Of a stretch of DNA of 64,000 bases, positions 19,080-28,754 are shown piece by piece; the stretch's first letter is position 1; each line of letters begins with the position of its first letter. Position numbers and translations under genes: made by a program. Under the pieces are notes generated by a model. That model ran no database searches, was not told the origin of the DNA, and saw only the letters and a list, made by a program, of their open reading frames with translations. The stretch comes from Bordetella parapertussis (GTDB taxonomy: Bacteria > Pseudomonadota > Gammaproteobacteria > Burkholderiales > SG8-41), in NCBI GenBank assembly GCA_945906935.1, contig CAMDSO010000003.1, positions 13,251-77,250 of the forward strand, read 5' to 3'.

Positions 19080-20249
19080 TCATAACCAGCACGCCTCGTA
19101 ACCGAGAAAACCCATCAGCTCATCGCGCCGTTGTTTCGCGTCGTGATAACCGAGCTGGATCAGGGCGCGGCAATATTCACGTTCGAATAACAGGTAGCTC
19201 ACCAGGTTCGATCCGCTTTTTCGCATTGCGCCGATGGTGAACAGCAAGGAGCGTATGGTCAGCGGGAGCGAGGACAGATGATCAGTGGCGATTTTTTCCA
19301 GTGCATCACTGGGGGATATGACGCGGAAATCGATTTCTCGCAGCGGCATGTGATTTTCTTGCCGTAGTTCAGGCGGAATCAAGCTGAGCGTGCGGTTGAT
19401 GCGCTGCAGGCGTTCGAGGTCGACCTCCAGACTGTCGAGAAAAATACTGTTCAGGCAATGACCGGCGATTTGCGCGATCGACGGATAGGCGTCGGAGTTG
19501 ATGCGTTCGGACTTCGCCTGTAACTGGCGGCCTACGCCGATCACAAACAGGCGGTCGGCACCGAGATGCAGCGCAGGGCTGATCGGTGCAATTTGGCGCA
19601 TCGAGCCGTCACCGAAATATTCACGGTTGATATGCACCGCGGGGAAGACGAACGGCAGCGCTGAGGAGGCCAGCAGATGGGATGAATTGATGGCGGTGCC
19701 GACGCCGATACGGCGTGCACGCTGCCACGACTCGACACCCGGCGCGCTTTGGAAAAAAGTGACCGACTGGCCCGAGGTATAGCCGGAGCAAGTGACGCTG
19801 AAGGCGGACAGGGTGCCGTTATCGATCGAGCGTTGTATGCCGGCGTAGTCGATCCGTGTGTTAAGGAGCTGTGCCAGCGGGGCGTTATCGAGCAGGGCGA
19901 CCGGCGTTTTGCGCCCCAGGCCGCCGCTGAGCGTTGAGAGTATCCACTTGCCGCTATTGCGAAACGCACCGAGCGGATCGGCGCGGTAGACGTGATGCAC
20001 ATGAAAATTTTTCCAGACTGTCATCAACAGGCGCACACCGCGTCTGAAATTGTCAGCGTTGGCGGCGAGTACTGTGGCATTGATCGCGCCCGCCGAGGTG
20101 CCGCAAATGATTTTGAAAGGAACCGGTGAGTTGGCCGGCAGCATTTCGGAAATCGCGCGCAGGACGCCAACCTGGTAGGCAGCGCGTGCGCCGCCGCCAC
20201 TTAGTACGAGGCCGATTTTGGGCGCTTGGGGACGCTCGACGCTAGCCAT
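19080..20249 (-). CDS. patatin-like phospholipase family protein
   Basis: 389 aa with the oxyanion motif 'LVLSGGGARAAYQVGVL', nucleophile 'GTSAGAINA' and catalytic 'DGS' further downstream. Confidence 0.9.
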   Translation of the reverse strand: MASVERPQAPKIGLVLSGGGARAAYQVGVLRAISEMLPANSPVPFKIICGTSAGAINATVLAANADNFRRGVRLLMTVWKNFHVHHVYRADPLGAFRNSGKWILSTLSGGLGRKTPVALLDNAPLAQLLNTRIDYAGIQRSIDNGTLSAFSVTCSGYTSGQSVTFFQSAPGVESWQRARRIGVGTAINSSHLLASSALPFVFPAVHINREYFGDGSMRQIAPISPALHLGADRLFVIGVGRQLQAKSERINSDAYPSIAQIAGHCLNSIFLDSLEVDLERLQRINRTLSLIPPELRQENHMPLREIDFRVISPSDALEKIATDHLSSLPLTIRSLLFTIGAMRKSGSNLVSYLLFEREYCRALIQLGYHDAKQRRDELMGFLGYEACWL

Positions 20250-20354
20250 TGGGTGCGGTATTTACCTCGGTTGAATCCAGGCAGTTTGCCACAGGAGGTC
20301 GGCTGCTGGTCGGTATCTGCTGCGGGCTACAGGTCTGAGGGCTTCCGGCGCTCG

Positions 20355-20984
20355 CTAGCTTTCGACAATTTGCCGGTAAAGACTGTAGAGCATGCCGGCG
20401 GTGGCGCCCCAGATATAGCGGCCCTGATAGGGCATCGCCAGATAATAGCGGTCGCGGTTGTTAAAAAAATAATAACGCCGTACGTGATTGGCAGGATCCA
20501 GAAAGTGGGCGAGTGGCACTTCGAACGCCGAGGCGACTTCAAAGGGATCCAGCGTCAGATCAAAAGGCGGTTCGATCCAGCCGACCACGGGGTGGATGCG
20601 AAAGCCCGATGACATCTCGTGCACCGGCAGCGTGCCCAGTACAGCGACGTGCTGTGGAGCGAGGCCGATTTCCTCCTCGGCTTCGCGCAGGGCGGTGGCG
20701 ATGCGATTTTCATCGCCGCCTTCCACGCGACCACCGGGAAAACTGATCTGATTGGGATGATCGCGCAGATGGGCGCTGCGTTGTGTCAGCAGCACATGGA
20801 TGCCGTCGACGCGCCGCACCAGCGGCACCAACACCGCGGCGGGCATCACGCGGGCGCCAGGTGGAATCGGTGAATAGTGTAAATCCTGCGGCCGCAGCGG
20901 CGGCGGTGCACGCTGCAGACACTCGACGATGCTGGTGCGATCAGGCGTTTTTTTCGTGTCTGCGCAGGGCGTTGCAGCGTTCAT
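20355..20984 (-). CDS. NUDIX hydrolase, CoA pyrophosphatase (NudL-like)
   Basis: The track ORF begins at a TTG (21077), so I trimmed it to the ATG at 20984. It has the Nudix box 'GGRVEGGDENRIATALREAEEEIGL' and the upstream 'LLTQRSAHLRDHPNQISFPGG' typical of CoA pyrophosphatases. Confidence 0.8.
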   Translation of the reverse strand: MNAATPCADTKKTPDRTSIVECLQRAPPPLRPQDLHYSPIPPGARVMPAAVLVPLVRRVDGIHVLLTQRSAHLRDHPNQISFPGGRVEGGDENRIATALREAEEEIGLAPQHVAVLGTLPVHEMSSGFRIHPVVGWIEPPFDLTLDPFEVASAFEVPLAHFLDPANHVRRYYFFNNRDRYYLAMPYQGRYIWGATAGMLYSLYRQIVES

Positions 20985-21083
20985 GACGGATGCCGGTGTA
21001 TGGTCTGTTCGCGCTGCACCTGCAGACGGCGCGCCTTCATTGCAACGCTGCTGCAGATGCAGGAGTTCACCGAACAACCGTGC

Positions 21084-22601
21084 TTAGACAACCTTGACCG
21101 GAATCTTGCCGATCTTGCTACGCCACTCGCGCGGCCCGCTGTCGTGTACAGCATTGCCGGTCGGATCAACGGCGACTGTTACTGGCATGTCCTTGACGTC
21201 GAATTCATAGATCGCCTCCATACCCAGATCACCGAAGGCGAGGACTTTGGAGGCTTTCACCGCTTTCGACACCAGATAAGCTGCACCGCCGACCGCGATC
21301 AAATGTGCGCCGCCGTATTTCTTGATGGTGTCGACGGTTTGCGCGCCGCGCTCGCTTTTGCCGATCGAGCCGATCAGGCCGGTCTTGCCGAGCATGGTTT
21401 CCATGAATCTGTCCATGCGGCGCGAGGTGGTGGGGCCCGCCGGACCGACCACTTCTTCGCGCACTGGATCGACCGGGCCGACGTAGTAAATCAGCTTGTT
21501 GGTAAAATCAACGGGCAGCTTTTCGCCATTGGCGATCATGTCGATAATGCGCTTGTGGGCGGCGTCGCGGCCGGTCAGAATTTTTCCGTTCAGCAACAGG
21601 CGGTCGCCCGCCTTCCACGTCGCAACTTCGGTCTTGTCCAGTTTCGCCAGGTCGACGCGCTTCGCACCCGCGGCCATGTCGATGCTGAGCTTGGGCCAGT
21701 GGTCGAGGCTTGGGGTCTCGAATTTCGCTGGGCCCGAACCATCCAGAGTGAATTCCAGATGCCGTGTTGCCGCGCAGTTCGGTACGATCGCCACCGGTTT
21801 CATCACCGCATGCGTCGGATAATCGAGCACTTTTACATCGAGCAGCGTCGTTAACCCGCCGAGGCCCTGCGCGCCGATACCCAGCGCGTTAATTTTTTCA
21901 AACAGTTCAAGACGCAATTCTTCGGCACGGTTCTTCGGTCCGCGCGCCTTCAGTTCATGCATCGAGAGGTGCTCTAGGATCGATTCCTTGGCCAGCACCA
22001 TGGCTTTTTCCGGCGTGCCGCCGATACCGACGCCGAGCATGCCCGGCGGGCACCAATCGCCGCCCATGGTCGGTATTTGCTCGAGTATCCAGTCGACCAC
22101 CGAATCGCTCGGATTGAGCACCGCAAATTTTGTCTTGCTCTCGGAGCCGCCGCCCTTGGCCGCCAGCTTGACCTCGATGGTGTCGCCGGGTACCAGTTCC
22201 ATGTGCACGACGGCCGGCGAATTGTCGCGCGTGTTTATGCGCGCGCCGTCGGGGTCGGCGACGATCGAGCCGCGCAGCGGGTTTTCCTTGTTGGTATAGG
22301 CGCGCCGCACACCCTCGCTCACCATGTCGGTCACCGACAGCGTGGCCGCCCAGCGCACGTTCATGCCGACTTTTAGATAGACCACGGCGATGCCGGTGTC
22401 TTGGCAGATCGGGCGGTGGCCCTCGGCGGCCATCCGCGCATTGATCAGAATCTGCGCGATGGCATTTTTTGCCGCCGGGGATTCTTCGTGCTCGTACGCC
22501 TCGGCCATTGCCTTGATGAAATCAACCGGGTGATAGTAGGAGATGAACTGGTAAGCATCGGCGATGCTTTGGATGAAATCTTCCTGTTTGATGGTAGTCA
22601 T
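21084..22601 (-). CDS. fumA: class I (Fe-S dependent) fumarate hydratase
   Basis: 505 aa reading MTTIKQEDFIQSIADAYQFISYYHP...ICQDTGIAVVYLKVG...; both alpha and beta regions are fused in one ORF. Confidence 0.9.
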   Translation of the reverse strand: MTTIKQEDFIQSIADAYQFISYYHPVDFIKAMAEAYEHEESPAAKNAIAQILINARMAAEGHRPICQDTGIAVVYLKVGMNVRWAATLSVTDMVSEGVRRAYTNKENPLRGSIVADPDGARINTRDNSPAVVHMELVPGDTIEVKLAAKGGGSESKTKFAVLNPSDSVVDWILEQIPTMGGDWCPPGMLGVGIGGTPEKAMVLAKESILEHLSMHELKARGPKNRAEELRLELFEKINALGIGAQGLGGLTTLLDVKVLDYPTHAVMKPVAIVPNCAATRHLEFTLDGSGPAKFETPSLDHWPKLSIDMAAGAKRVDLAKLDKTEVATWKAGDRLLLNGKILTGRDAAHKRIIDMIANGEKLPVDFTNKLIYYVGPVDPVREEVVGPAGPTTSRRMDRFMETMLGKTGLIGSIGKSERGAQTVDTIKKYGGAHLIAVGGAAYLVSKAVKASKVLAFGDLGMEAIYEFDVKDMPVTVAVDPTGNAVHDSGPREWRSKIGKIPVKVV

Positions 22602-22654
22602 CGATTGGCCTTTATCAAATCAATCAATAAAAAATAATGGCGTTACCGTTTTAC

Positions 22655-24952
22655 CTAAAAGGGCAGCTGCAGATTGCCGCGTGCGGCACCCGCATCGACC
22701 ACCGCAAGTGCGGTCATGTTGACCAGACGGCGCACCGTGGCGGTCGAGGTGACGATATGCACAGCCTTGGCGGCACCGAGCAGGATGGGACCGACGGTGA
22801 TGCCATCGCCGGCGGCAGTTTTGAGCAGATTGAAAGCAATATTCGCGGCGTCGAGGGTCGGCATGATCAGCAGATTGGCGTCGCCCTTAAGGCGTGAATT
22901 CGGAAACGCGCCGCGTCTCACTTGCGACGACAGCGCGGCGTCGCCGTGCATCTCCCCCTCGACTTCCAGATCGGGGGCGATTTTTTCGATCAATGCCAGC
23001 GCTGCGCGCATCTTCAGGGCGGTGGGCGTGTTGGCGGAGCCGAAACTCGAATGTGAGAGCAGTGCGACCTTGGGGGTGATGCCGAAGCGGCGGATTTCCT
23101 CGGCGGCAAGCACGGTCATTTCGGCAAGCTGCTCGGCGGTCGGATCGAAATTGATGTAGGTGTCGCAAATGAATACCGTACGCCGCGGTAGCAGCAGCAC
23201 GTTCATCGCATAGTAATTGTGGACGCCCTGGCGGCGGCCGATCACCTGGTCGATGTAATGCAGGTGCGTCTGGTGCGTGCCAAAGGTGCCGCAGATCATG
23301 CCGTTGGCTTCGCCACGGCGCACACACATTGCAGCGATCAGCGTCAGACGCCGGCGCATTTCGATTTTGGCGTATTCCTGCGATACGCCCTTGCGCTCGG
23401 TGAGTCCGAGGTATTCCTGCCAGTAGGTGCGGTAGCGTTCATCCTGCTCGGGATTGATCAAGTCGAAATCAACGCCGGGCTTGATCCGCAGGCCAAACCG
23501 CTCGATACGGCGTTCGATCACCGAGGGCCGGCCCACCAACACGGGGAAGGCCAGCTTTTCATCGACGATCACCTGCACAGCGCGCAGGACGCGCTCGTCT
23601 TCACCCTCGGCGTAAACAATACGCCGCAGCGGGCCCTGTTTGGCCGCGGCGAACAGCGGCTTCATGATCATGCCGGAGTGATAGACGAATTGCTGCAACG
23701 AATCGCGATAGGCGTCGAGATCGGCGATCGGGCGGGTCGCCACGCCACTGTCCATCGCGGCCTTGGCCACCGCTGGCGCGACTTGCGCGATCAGGCGCGG
23801 ATCAAACGGACGCGGAATCAGATAGTCGGGGCCGAACGGCATGATCTTTTCGCCATACGCCATGGCCACCACATCCGATTGTTCGGCCTGCGCCAGTGCG
23901 GCGATCGCGTGCACGGCGGCCATTTCCATTGCGGTGTTGATGGTGGTCGCGCCGACATCGAGCGCGCCGCGAAAGACGAAGGGAAAGCACAACACGTTGT
24001 TGACCTGGTTCGGATAATCCGAGCGGCCGGTTGCCATCACCACATTGGGGTTCGCCTGTCTGGCCAGTTCGGGCAGGATCTCCGGTTCAGGGTTGGCCAG
24101 CGCCAGTATTAGCGGCCGCTCCGCCATGGTCTTGACCATCTCGGGTGTCAGCACCTTGCCGGCGGACAGGCCGAGAAAGACATCGGCGCCGGCAATGACT
24201 TCGGCCAGCGTGCGCGCCTGGGTTTCAACCGCGAATTGTTCCTTGTCCGGATCCATCAGGACTTTGCGGCCTTTATAGACCACGCCCTCGAGGTCGGTGA
24301 CGATAATGTTCTCTTTGACCAAACCGAGCTTGCACAGCAGGTTGAGACAGGTCAGCGCCGCGGCACCGGCGCCCGAGACCACCAGCTTGATCTTCGCGAT
24401 GTCCTTGCCGATGACCTTGAGTCCATTGATGAAGGCAGCGCTAACAGTGATTGCAGTGCCGTGCTGGTCGTCGTGGAAGACCGGGATGCGACAACGTTCG
24501 CGCAGCTTACGCTCGACGATGAAGCATTCGGGTGCTTTGATATCTTCCAGATTGATGCCGCCGAAGGTAGGCTCCAGACTGGCGATGATGTCGACCAGTT
24601 TGTCGGGGTCGCGCTCGTTGATTTCTATGTCGAACACATCGATACCGGCGAATTTCTTGAACAGCACGGCCTTGCCTTCCATCACTGGCTTGGCTGCGAG
24701 TGGACCGATGGCGCCGAGCCCCAATACCGCCGTGCCGTTGGTGATCACCGCCACGAGGTTGCCGCGCGAGGTCAGATTGCGTGCTTCAGCCGGGTCGGCA
24801 ACGATCGCTTCGCAAGCCGCTGCAACCCCCGGCGTATATGCCAGTGCGAGGTCGCGCTGGTTCAGCAATGCTTTGGTCGGCGTGACCGAGATTTTGCCGG
24901 GTGTCGGGAAGCGGTGATAGTCGAGCGCGCTATTGCGCAGGGAATCGTCCAT
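22655..24952 (-). CDS. maeB: NADP-dependent malic enzyme (malic enzyme + phosphotransacetylase-like domain)
   Basis: ORF 22655..24991 trimmed to the ATG at 24952 ([23 protein letters not shown]). It has '[10 protein letters not shown]', the 'VSGAGAAA' NAD(P) motif and a C-terminal PTA-like half. Confidence 0.9.
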   Translation of the reverse strand: MDDSLRNSALDYHRFPTPGKISVTPTKALLNQRDLALAYTPGVAAACEAIVADPAEARNLTSRGNLVAVITNGTAVLGLGAIGPLAAKPVMEGKAVLFKKFAGIDVFDIEINERDPDKLVDIIASLEPTFGGINLEDIKAPECFIVERKLRERCRIPVFHDDQHGTAITVSAAFINGLKVIGKDIAKIKLVVSGAGAAALTCLNLLCKLGLVKENIIVTDLEGVVYKGRKVLMDPDKEQFAVETQARTLAEVIAGADVFLGLSAGKVLTPEMVKTMAERPLILALANPEPEILPELARQANPNVVMATGRSDYPNQVNNVLCFPFVFRGALDVGATTINTAMEMAAVHAIAALAQAEQSDVVAMAYGEKIMPFGPDYLIPRPFDPRLIAQVAPAVAKAAMDSGVATRPIADLDAYRDSLQQFVYHSGMIMKPLFAAAKQGPLRRIVYAEGEDERVLRAVQVIVDEKLAFPVLVGRPSVIERRIERFGLRIKPGVDFDLINPEQDERYRTYWQEYLGLTERKGVSQEYAKIEMRRRLTLIAAMCVRRGEANGMICGTFGTHQTHLHYIDQVIGRRQGVHNYYAMNVLLLPRRTVFICDTYINFDPTAEQLAEMTVLAAEEIRRFGITPKVALLSHSSFGSANTPTALKMRAALALIEKIAPDLEVEGEMHGDAALSSQVRRGAFPNSRLKGDANLLIMPTLDAANIAFNLLKTAAGDGITVGPILLGAAKAVHIVTSTATVRRLVNMTALAVVDAGAARGNLQLPF

Positions 24953-25082
24953 GCAAATACCTGATCCAGTCGGGTTATCATTATAACGCACCCCCCGCAG
25001 ACAGGCCGCATGGCGCGGCCCGCGTGCCGCGGCAAGAGTCCTTTGTGTTATGTTCAGGTCTCTGCGCAGCTTGAGTCATCGC

Positions 25083-26054
25083 ATGGAAAAAAAACACGGG
25101 TTCCGTCAGGAGCTCTATCCCCCCATAGAACCGTACCGTAGCGGCATGCTGTCTCTGGACGCTGTGCATACGATGTATTGGGAGCAATCGGGTAATCCGG
25201 ACGGCGTTCCGGTGGTCTTTTTACATGGCGGGCCTGGCGCCGGCAGCGCACCCGGTCATCGCCGCTTTTTTGATCCGGCGCACTACAACATCGTGGTGTA
25301 TGACCAGCGCGGCGCAGGACGTTCCACTCCGCTCGGCGAGTTGCGCGATAACACCACACTGCTGTTGATTGACGATATCGAACGGTTGCGCCGTCATCTC
25401 GGCATCGAGCGCTGGCTGGTATTCGGCGGCTCATGGGGCTCAACACTGGCGCTGGCCTACGGCGAGGCGCATCCGCAGCGTTGCATCGGGTTTATTCTGC
25501 GCGGTATTTTTCTCTGCCGCAAAAGCGAAATCGACTGGTTTTTGTACGGGCTCAGAAACATCTTTCCCGAGGCCTGGCAGACTTTTACCGCCTTGATCCC
25601 AGAGGGTGAGCGGGGTGATTTGCTCACGGCTTATCACCAACGGCTGGTTGCTGCGGACCCTGCGGTGCATATGCCGGCGGCACGGGCCTGGAGCCGTTAC
25701 GAAGGTTCCTGCTCGACCTTGCTGCCCAGCGCCGACACCGTTGCTTATTTTTCCAGCGACGGGGTGGCGCTCGGTTTGGCGCGCATGGAAGCCCATTACT
25801 TTATGCACGATATTTTTTTGCCACAGAACGCACTGCTCGACAACGTCGGTTGCCTGCGCGACAAGCCTGCGGTGATCGTGCAGGGGCGCTATGACGCGGT
25901 TTGTCCGGCGGTCAGTGCATACGACCTGCATTGTGCGTGGCCGGAGGCCGAATACATCGTCGTGCCGGCGGCGGGGCACGCGGCCTGGGAGCCGGGTATT
26001 TGCGCCGAACTCGTGGCGGCATGCGAGCGTTTCAAATCTTTATCGGTAAACTGA
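25083..26054 (+). CDS. pip: prolyl aminopeptidase (proline iminopeptidase)
   Basis: Sequence 'LYPPIEPYRSGML...VVFLHGGPGAG...VYDQRGAGRSTP...FGGSWGSTLALAY' is present. The start is either the ATG at 25083 or the one at 25050. Confidence 0.9.
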   Translation: MEKKHGFRQELYPPIEPYRSGMLSLDAVHTMYWEQSGNPDGVPVVFLHGGPGAGSAPGHRRFFDPAHYNIVVYDQRGAGRSTPLGELRDNTTLLLIDDIERLRRHLGIERWLVFGGSWGSTLALAYGEAHPQRCIGFILRGIFLCRKSEIDWFLYGLRNIFPEAWQTFTALIPEGERGDLLTAYHQRLVAADPAVHMPAARAWSRYEGSCSTLLPSADTVAYFSSDGVALGLARMEAHYFMHDIFLPQNALLDNVGCLRDKPAVIVQGRYDAVCPAVSAYDLHCAWPEAEYIVVPAAGHAAWEPGICAELVAACERFKSLSVN

Positions 26055-26069
26055 AAAAAGGAATTCATC

Positions 26070-26981
26070 ATGCGGTTGATCACTTTTAAACCCAAACGCG
26101 GTGGTCTTGCCCGTACTGGTGTGCTGCTCGATGCGGAGCGCGCGCTTGATATCGGCGATGTCGCAACGCGTGCGCGCAAGCGCCTGCCTTTCGATCCAGC
26201 CGATATGGTGTCCTTGATCGAATCTGGCAAGGCCGGGCTGGCGGCGGTTTCGGCACTGGTAAAAAGTTACAAGGGCAAGGGCTTCAAGCTGAACACGGTC
26301 AAGCTGCTCTCGCCGATTCCGCGGCCCCGCAAAAATATTTTCTGCGTTGGCTGGAATTATCTCGACCATTTTCAAGAAGGCGCCAAAGCGCGTCCGCATG
26401 TGCAGGAAATGCCCGCGCACCCGGCGTTTTTCACCAAGGCGGCGACCACCATGAACGGCCCCTTCGATGATATTCCGGCGCATAAAGGCGTTACGGAAAA
26501 ACTCGATTGGGAAGTCGAACTCGGGTTGGTCATCGGCAAGGCGGGGCGCAATATCGCCGAAGCCAAGGCGATGAAACACGTCTTTGGTTATACCGTGATC
26601 AACGATGTGTCAGCACGCGAGATTCAGCGTCAGCACGGCCAGCAATGGTTCAAGGGCAAGAGCCTCGACGGTCATTGCCCGATGGGGCCGTGGATCGCCA
26701 CCGCGGACGAAATCAAGGATCCGAACAACCTCGACATCCGTTGCAGCGTGAACGGAGTGGTGAAGCAGAACTCGAACACGCGGCATCTGTATTTCAAACT
26801 GCCGCGCATCATCGCCGAATTGTCTGCCGGGCTGACACTCGATGCAGGCGACATCATCGCCACCGGTACCCCGTCCGGGGTCGGGCATGCGCGCACGCCG
26901 CCGGAATTCATGAAGTCCGGCGACATCATGGAAACCGAAATCGACGGCCTGGGAAAACTACGCAATCGTATCGGTAAGTAA
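26070..26981 (+). CDS. fumarylacetoacetate hydrolase (FAH) family protein
   Basis: 303 aa containing 'KNIFCVGWNYLDH', 'DWEVELGLVIGK', 'GYTVINDVSARE.Q' and 'GDIIATGTPSGVG'. Confidence 0.9.
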   Translation: MRLITFKPKRGGLARTGVLLDAERALDIGDVATRARKRLPFDPADMVSLIESGKAGLAAVSALVKSYKGKGFKLNTVKLLSPIPRPRKNIFCVGWNYLDHFQEGAKARPHVQEMPAHPAFFTKAATTMNGPFDDIPAHKGVTEKLDWEVELGLVIGKAGRNIAEAKAMKHVFGYTVINDVSAREIQRQHGQQWFKGKSLDGHCPMGPWIATADEIKDPNNLDIRCSVNGVVKQNSNTRHLYFKLPRIIAELSAGLTLDAGDIIATGTPSGVGHARTPPEFMKSGDIMETEIDGLGKLRNRIGK

Positions 26982-27106
26982 GATCGGGTGGGGGAGACCG
27001 CGCCTTAGCGGTTGCGGTCGCCCCTGATGCAGTCTGTTCCAAACGACTGCGCTCGAACGTATTGCAGCTGGTAAGGGCGCGCGCCGTCGCCTTAACGAAG
27101 AAGAAA

Positions 27107-27397
27107 CTATTTGCCGCTGGGATTCTTTGGTGACGCCGTGCCCTGAGCGCTGGATTGGCCGGTTGTCTGCAGGCTGTCGAGGGCGGAGAGTTGCATTTCA
27201 AGTGCCTTGACAGTCATCTGCACCAAGCCGGTGTGCATGGTCAGCCAGGTTTCAACCGCTTTTAAATCAGCGATCTTTTTCTTGATTTCTTCCGCATCCA
27301 CCGTTGGCGTGATCATGCCGGGCAGGGGCAATGACATCGGGTTCCACGCCTTTTGCATGAACTCGAACCAGTCTTTGGGGATTTCCTGCTCGGACAT
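27107..27397 (-). CDS. PhaM-family-like small protein (PHA granule regulatory protein N-domain only)
   Basis: 96 aa. 'WFEFMQKAWNPM...PGMITPTVDAEEIKKKIADLKAVETWLTMHTGLVQMTVKALEMQLSAL' matches my memory of the conserved PhaM-family core. It has no Lys/Ala/Pro-rich tail. It lies 21 nt downstream of the SLT gene. Confidence 0.5.
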   Translation of the reverse strand: MSEQEIPKDWFEFMQKAWNPMSLPLPGMITPTVDAEEIKKKIADLKAVETWLTMHTGLVQMTVKALEMQLSALDSLQTTGQSSAQGTASPKNPSGK

Positions 27398-27418
27398 GGT
27401 GGCTGTCGATTCGCCGCG

Positions 27419-28162
27419 CTAAATGGCGGCTTCCAGCGATTTCGAGCCGCCTTGCTGCTGACCGAAACTGCGGCCTTGCAGTTGTTTGAGCATGCCATTG
27501 AGTCGTTCGCGTTCGGCAATGACCTTGGCCGAATAGCCGTTCTCTGCTTCTTCTGTGGTGGCGCCGACATATAGCTGCAAGGCACCGGTCAGGTCGCCTG
27601 CGCGTCGCAGGTATTCCTGTAGAATTTTGGCGCCGACCGTGATGTTGGCGGTTGTTTCGAAGGCGACCTTTTCGCCGCCCAGAGGCCCGAACTTATCCGG
27701 GTGAAAACGCGGAATAACCTGCATCAGACCTTTGGCCCCCATCACACTTTCGGCGATCGGGTTGAAGCGGGATTCCACCGCAATAACGGCCAGGATCAGC
27801 ATCGGGTCTAATTTGAGCTCGCTGCCGATCGCGTAGGCCTTGGCCACGATCTGTGTGGTCATTTCGGCTGGAGCGCCGAAGCGGCTGGCGAGTTGTTCGC
27901 CCAATGCGCGGTATTTTGATTCGGTCGGATCCGCCTCGATGCGTGCCGCCTCGTAACGATTAAGGGCGGATGCCGGCAGTTCCAGCGTACCAAATGATCG
28001 CACCAGAGAGGCACCGAGACGGCTGCCGATGGGGGCGTTAAAGAGGATGGCGAGAGAGGCAATGCTTAACAGGACTATAAGGCCTACCAGCGAATTGCGT
28101 GCCTTGGAAACCGGGCGGGATGTGACGTGATCGTGCGACAGTGCGGGGTGTGATTTTGCCAT
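27419..28162 (-). CDS. lytic transglycosylase (SLT domain) protein, membrane-anchored
   Basis: 247 aa with an N-terminal TM segment 'LVGLIVLLSIASLAILF' and the catalytic region 'AVIAVESRFNPIAESVMGAKGLMQVIP'. AGGAGG lies upstream of the ATG at 28162. Confidence 0.85.
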   Translation of the reverse strand: MAKSHPALSHDHVTSRPVSKARNSLVGLIVLLSIASLAILFNAPIGSRLGASLVRSFGTLELPASALNRYEAARIEADPTESKYRALGEQLASRFGAPAEMTTQIVAKAYAIGSELKLDPMLILAVIAVESRFNPIAESVMGAKGLMQVIPRFHPDKFGPLGGEKVAFETTANITVGAKILQEYLRRAGDLTGALQLYVGATTEEAENGYSAKVIAERERLNGMLKQLQGRSFGQQQGGSKSLEAAI

Positions 28163-28301
28163 GACGCAAAACCTCCTTTCGTTAATCGCCGGCCCGGTGT
28201 GGACCAGCGGGTAAATTACCTTGCTAGGGTAAGGGTGCTCCTTGAAACCTTGGTGTTGAATTTGGCCGCCTTAGACGGGCGACCCCCTGGAAAGTGAAGC
28301 G

Positions 28302-28330
28302 ATTCTAGTGCGATGGTCGGGGAGGCGCAA
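28302..28330 (-). promoter_or_regulatory. sigma70-type promoter candidate for the SLT/PhaM-like operon
   Basis: The reverse strand reads TTGCGC-N17-TAGAAT (-35 at 28325-28330, -10 at 28302-28307). This implies a 5' UTR of about 130 nt. Confidence 0.45.
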
Positions 28331-28369
28331 CCCAATTTATCCGGTTAAGGGGCAAGGTCAAGCCCGGAA

Positions 28370-28414
28370 GAGAATATCAATGGTGCGTTGCACCATTGAT
28401 ATTCTCTTTTTTTT
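28370..28414 (+). terminator. strong rho-independent terminator / 37-bp perfect palindrome with no plus-strand gene upstream
   Basis: A perfect 17-bp stem GAGAATATCAATGGTGC (28370-28386) pairs with GCACCATTGATATTCTC (28390-28406) across the loop GTT, followed by T8 (28407-28414). On the minus strand the hairpin is followed only by 'ttccggg'. Confidence 0.6.
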
Positions 28415-28574
28415 CAGTGGTTTGTAAAATTTTGACAGTTCCGAATTGAGGCGGCGCAGAGGCGGGCCGAGGCTGGAATTGAGTTTTGGCAAGGAATAGC
28501 ACGATTGGGCGTGAAGCGGGGCCGTTGCCGGTCAGTCTGCAGGGCATTACCAAATTTTAAAAATTAATAATCAT

Positions 28575-28754
28575 TTATTTAGGAATCTTTTCGGCAGTGG
28601 TGGCGTGCCTCGACTGCATTGATTCCCAGTTAGCCAGGGCTTGCTCGTAGCGCTCGCAGGCATCCCAATAACGATCGTAGACGCAGGGCTCGCATCCGTT
28701 TTGGCAACATTCTGCAGGTTCCGGTTCGCGTGGTGGTTGGGGCTTCGAGTTCAT
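28575..28754 (-). CDS. small Cys-rich protein with an oxidoreductase-like (Oxidored-like) CCxxGCxxCV motif
   Basis: Not in the ORF track (59 aa). My translation is MNSKPQPPREPEPAECCQNGCEPCVYDRYWDACERYEQALANWESMQSRHATTAEKIPK*. The motif 'CC.NGC..CV.D.Y' is the hallmark of the Oxidored-like domain family. Confidence 0.6.
   Translation of the reverse strand: MNSKPQPPREPEPAECCQNGCEPCVYDRYWDACERYEQALANWESMQSRHATTAEKIPK

Noticed and set aside
28180-28414. Identity of the non-coding region as 6S RNA (ssrS) or a known riboswitch, prompted by 'ccttgaaaccttgg' and possible end-pairing accttgc/gcaaggt.
   Set aside because: I cannot reconstruct the long closing stem and central bubble of 6S RNA. The genomic context is not the usual one, and no riboswitch core motifs (GEMM, ydaO and others) are visible. 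It is left as an unassigned sRNA/operator candidate.
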